Shown one piece after another: positions 9,451-12,730 of a DNA stretch of 12,730 nt. Position numbers and translations under genes: made by a program. The DNA comes from Paraspadella gotoi (taxonomy: Eukaryota > Animalia > Chaetognatha): positions 1-12,730 of the forward strand of contig JBJCIZ010000279.1 in assembly GCA_051294375.1 (NCBI GenBank). Reading direction: 5' to 3'. The notes beneath the pieces were generated by a model. The model was not told where the DNA came from. It searched no databases and saw only the letters and a program-made list of their open reading frames with translations. Each line of letters begins with the position of its first letter. The first letter of the stretch is position 1.

Positions 9451-9850
9451 TTAGGAGAAAAACAATTTGTTTTAACAACGAATTGTATTATTGGTAATAC
9501 ATGTTTCGACTCTTGAGTTTTAGAGTCCTCATCAGTTATGACAATCAATATTTTTTACTCTTTAACAATTAGGTTAGAGGAGAGAGAGGAGACAGAAAAA
9601 AGAGGGAGTTTCCAACAAAGATTGAGCAAAGGACAGTGGTCAGATATGAGGACAGTGAAGGTAAGATCAGTGGGAAGAGTAATTGGGTGAAATTTGAAAT
9701 GAGAGAGAGGAGAGAGAGGAGAGAGAGAGAGAGAGACAGACAGACAGGGTAAGAGAAAATCTTTACATTTCTTGTAATGTATAACAATGATAGAGAAAAA
9801 TAACAAACTTAAGAGTTAAACTAATAGTACAACATTGTAAAATAAATTAA
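9451..9850 (-). mobile_element. Diverged copy (subfamily) of the Penelope-like repeat unit
   Basis: Colinear with the 7245-7630 segment: TTAGGAGAA, ACAACGA, hammerhead, GACAATCAATATT, GAGGGAG..TTTCCAACAAAGA, GGACAGTGGTCAGAT.TGAGGACAG, GA tract. Confidence 0.82.
9495..9538 (-). ncRNA. Minimal type I hammerhead ribozyme
   Basis: Minus strand reads TAA-CTGATGA-G-GACTCT-(AAAACTCA)-AGAGTC-GAAAC-AT-GTA-TTA; predicted cleavage after GUA. Confidence 0.88.
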
Positions 9851-10150
9851 TGAGTAGTGGAGGTGGTCGAGATAAAATGTCGAACAAAATGAGATGAATC
9901 GATTTATTGAATCAGAAAAGCGAATGGAATCGGATTGGCTAATGTACAAAGTGGCATTCATTTTTATACGGCAGAGAGAGAGAAAATTTGGTTACATTTG
10001 TAAAGTAAACAATTCTAAAAATACTTCCAAATAAGTAACGTTTTTGCGACCGGCGTTTGAACAGAGGGAGCAAAATATTTCTTAGCGGGCATTGGAATTT
10101 TTAAAGAATTCGGCCGCGCGATTTATTTACTTTCTTACTAATAATAATAT
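9851..10150 (-). mobile_element. Possible LTR-like remnant
   Basis: Minus strand has TATAAAAA (9961-9968), then AATAAA (9903-9908), ending ...CCACTACTCA at 9851, which is the order expected in an LTR. The other terminus is not identified. Confidence 0.28.
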
Positions 10151-11940
10151 CAGGATCTCCACTCGGCCAGAAAAAGAAAAATTTCGTCGAATACTGCTAA
10201 TCCCTACTTAATGACATAATTTTTGAAAAAAGATTTATATCTTCTTATATTAACTTTTAACGAGGAATCTGAATCTTTCTCAGAATTAAAAAAAAAACCA
10301 TTTTAAAATTTTGACATTATATAAGGGTAGTACTATATACAAAATAAGCTGACTGGGCTACTATATTTATAAAAAAAGAAAATAACTACAGATTAGTATT
10401 CACTAATATGATAGTTTTCAAGATATAACTGCTAAATTTATTGATTTTCAAACTTTCACTTCACCCTATTGAATAGTCGAGAGCGGAGACGGCGCGAGGC
10501 AAAAGGGGCGCAGGAGCGGGGGCCGGCCCAGGGTCAGGGAGGGGGAAAGGATGAGAAGGAAAAAAAAAAGAAGAAACAGGAACAATAACAATTTCAGTTG
10601 CGATGGAATTCCTCCCACGAGTCTCCTTCTCACGATTTCACTCTAGTAGTTTTAGAGGAGAGAGGTAAAGGGAGCAGGATGAGAGAGAGAGAAGGAAAAG
10701 TTAAAAAGGGTTAAGATGGTGAAAGAAGAAAGAAGATAAACGAGGTCGGTGGAAGCAATGAATGTTAGAAAAGGTAGATAGAATAGGAGGATGGGAAGTG
10801 GGAGAACGATGAAAAGGAGATAGAAGGAGAAAAAGAAAAGCATCGGAGATTCCTTGGAGGCCGAAGAAAAAATATGACGGACGAGAAGGAAAGGAATGAA
10901 GGAGAAAAACCGTGAAAGGGAAGAGCTAAGAAGAAGGAGAATAAAGTTGGAAGGTCGACGGATAAAGAGTGATCAGGAAGAGCGGGCTCGTTTCTTGGAC
11001 AACATGGCGGAACATGGAACACTTCTTTCAAAGGCTACCATACAAGCGGCTAACAAAGAGGGAAAACAGCCAATCTAGTTGATAAATCGGGACGGCGCGC
11101 CTCCGCAATTCAACATATGATAACATAGTTTAAACTGTGATCTTTCAATAATACACAATTTAAGTAAGTAGACAGGGGATTTCTGAGCGAAACCAAAGTA
11201 GGAGTTTATTTCTTCGAAATTAAAACGATAAACAAGACGGTTGTCAATCTTCAACGGCGAGTGAATCAATCAAGAATTCGTTCTCTTTTATACAGCCCAA
11301 ACAGGAATCGGAGGTCAAAGGGGTAAAATATCCTCGGCGGAAGGAAGCCCACTCGACCATATCTGGCCGGTGCCATCGACCAATTGAAGAATCGTTCCAT
11401 TTCATGGTCTCGCGTGGATTTTTCCCCGAGTCGCTGATCGCAGATTTCGACTTTGGACGTTCTGATTCCGCTCTGCGATGCGTCCCCCCCTCCAAAAACG
11501 ACAGCGTACGTGGTCAGGTCGGTAGCTGGAGTTGCGATTCATTTATCTAGGAGAGAGGTGCAGACGAATGAATGTTGAAGGCTTATTTTCCTACCTTTTT
11601 TTTTGTTGAGGAAGAAAGAGAGAGCATTTTCCTTTCTTTTTGCCTTCTTTTTGGTATCGTAAGCTTACCCGAGGGACGAGAGAGCTTTTTGAAGAGAGAG
11701 AGAGAGAGATATTTCTTCTTTGTTCCATCTCAGCGAGACCCGGGCTTCGGTTGGGCAGCCCTTGATATTCTGATCGCCTTTTGTCCGTTCCAAGGAGGAT
11801 TACCTCTGTCTCGAATTTTTTTTGATTCGTCTCGCTTTCGTTTTTTCCTTTATGTTTTTTAACTTGTCTCAGATTTTTTTGTTTCGTAGTCATCGCTTCG
11901 GTTTTTTTTTTTTTACTATTTTGGGTTCTATTATTTATCT

Positions 11941-12045
11941 ACATTTATCCGGCATTATTGTTTATTTTTCCTTGTTTCCTATTATTTTATCAACATTTAT
12001 CGGATAATTGTTTATTTTGCCTTAGTTTATCATAACATCAACTGC
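11941..12045. repeat. Imperfect ~52-bp tandem duplication
   Basis: ACATTTATCCGGCATTATTGTTTATTTTTCCTT (11941) vs ACATTTATCGGATAATTGTTTTATTTTGCCTT (11993). Confidence 0.6.
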
Positions 12046-12094
12046 CAACTCATATTGATTTTAAACTCCTGGTGGAGAAAGTTCCTTTTCCTAC

Positions 12095-12730
12095 TTACGG
12101 CTGGCTTCGTCATGGAATGTTCTCTTGAGCGCGACGCCCTGTGGTACTGAGCGTCACGCCCAGCTATCAGAGACGACATAATGGTTGCCGGGTCTTTCTC
12201 TATGACTTTGTGAAGGGCCCGAATATATGCGTTTGAACTTTTGTTCTCGTTGTCCGCCGTACTGCCATGATCAGGTCTCGTCTGGCATTAGGACCCAGAT
12301 CACCACGCACCCTTAATACTTCTTCTGGTCAGTCTGGAATGGGTTTTCTCTGGCCAGACTTGTTTAATAGAGTTTTGTGCAGTTGGTCGCCAAGCTGGTG
12401 CGATCTGGGCTCTCTGCTTGCTCTATCGGCCCCCCCTCTTTTTTTTTGGGTCTTAATGAAATCTATGAGATTTTTTTTGGTAAACAGTCACTCAGCAGCT
12501 TATCTATCTATTCTTTGGGCCTATGGTCAAATTGAATTTCATGTGGCACCATATTCCGTTATTCCAGCCAATTATCGGGTCGCATTCAGTAGGAGCAAAT
12601 GAGGTCGAGGCAGCTGTTTTCCAGCGCATCTGGCTTGGCTGGTATCACACTGCTTTTCGAAGAGCTTTGACGGATTCGGCCCTATGTCTCGTCGGCCCTG
12701 TTGCTGTCCTTCCGGCCTACGAGGACGCGC
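12095..12730 (-). pseudogene. Decayed Ty3/Gypsy LTR-retrotransposon integrase (end of catalytic core through GPY/F domain), running off the window edge
   Basis: Minus-strand peptides across frameshifts occur in integrase order: RPEG (12718-12707), VKALRKAV (12671-12648), W..LP, VPHEIQFDHRPK..IDKLL (from 12549; cf. SPFELLFGRKPR.PLDLL), GDL/VL, KFKRIYSGP (12240-12214) / HKVIEK / GNHYVVSD. Many stops and frameshifts. Confidence 0.72.

Noticed and set aside
9313-9819. 13-bp inverted match TAACTCTTAAGTT / AACTTAAGAGTTA
   Set aside because: Short, AT-rich and not clearly extendable; may be chance or a tiny remnant.

Overview
AT-rich eukaryotic (probably invertebrate) intergenic or intronic DNA, mostly nested repeats and GA/CT microsatellites. 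No credible host protein-coding gene; the listed ORFs are compositional or microsatellite artefacts. The main signal is a family of ~500-bp repeat units carrying minimal type I hammerhead ribozymes of the kind known from Penelope-like retroelements (PLEs): three complete motifs (7293-7340 minus, 8605-8650 plus, 9495-9538 minus) and two truncated ones (581-595 minus, 969-996 plus). Two units form a palindromic insertion (7204-8694) bounded by a perfect 13-bp target-site duplication and enclosing a unique GC-rich 438-bp core. Also present: a TA-flanked Tc1/mariner-type MITE (4387-5094), other foldback/TIR remnants, a tRNA-derived SINE-like head, a decayed Ty3/Gypsy integrase at the right edge, and an unexplained, densely base-paired 360-nt GC-rich island (6131-6490). 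All calls were made by eye, without database searches.
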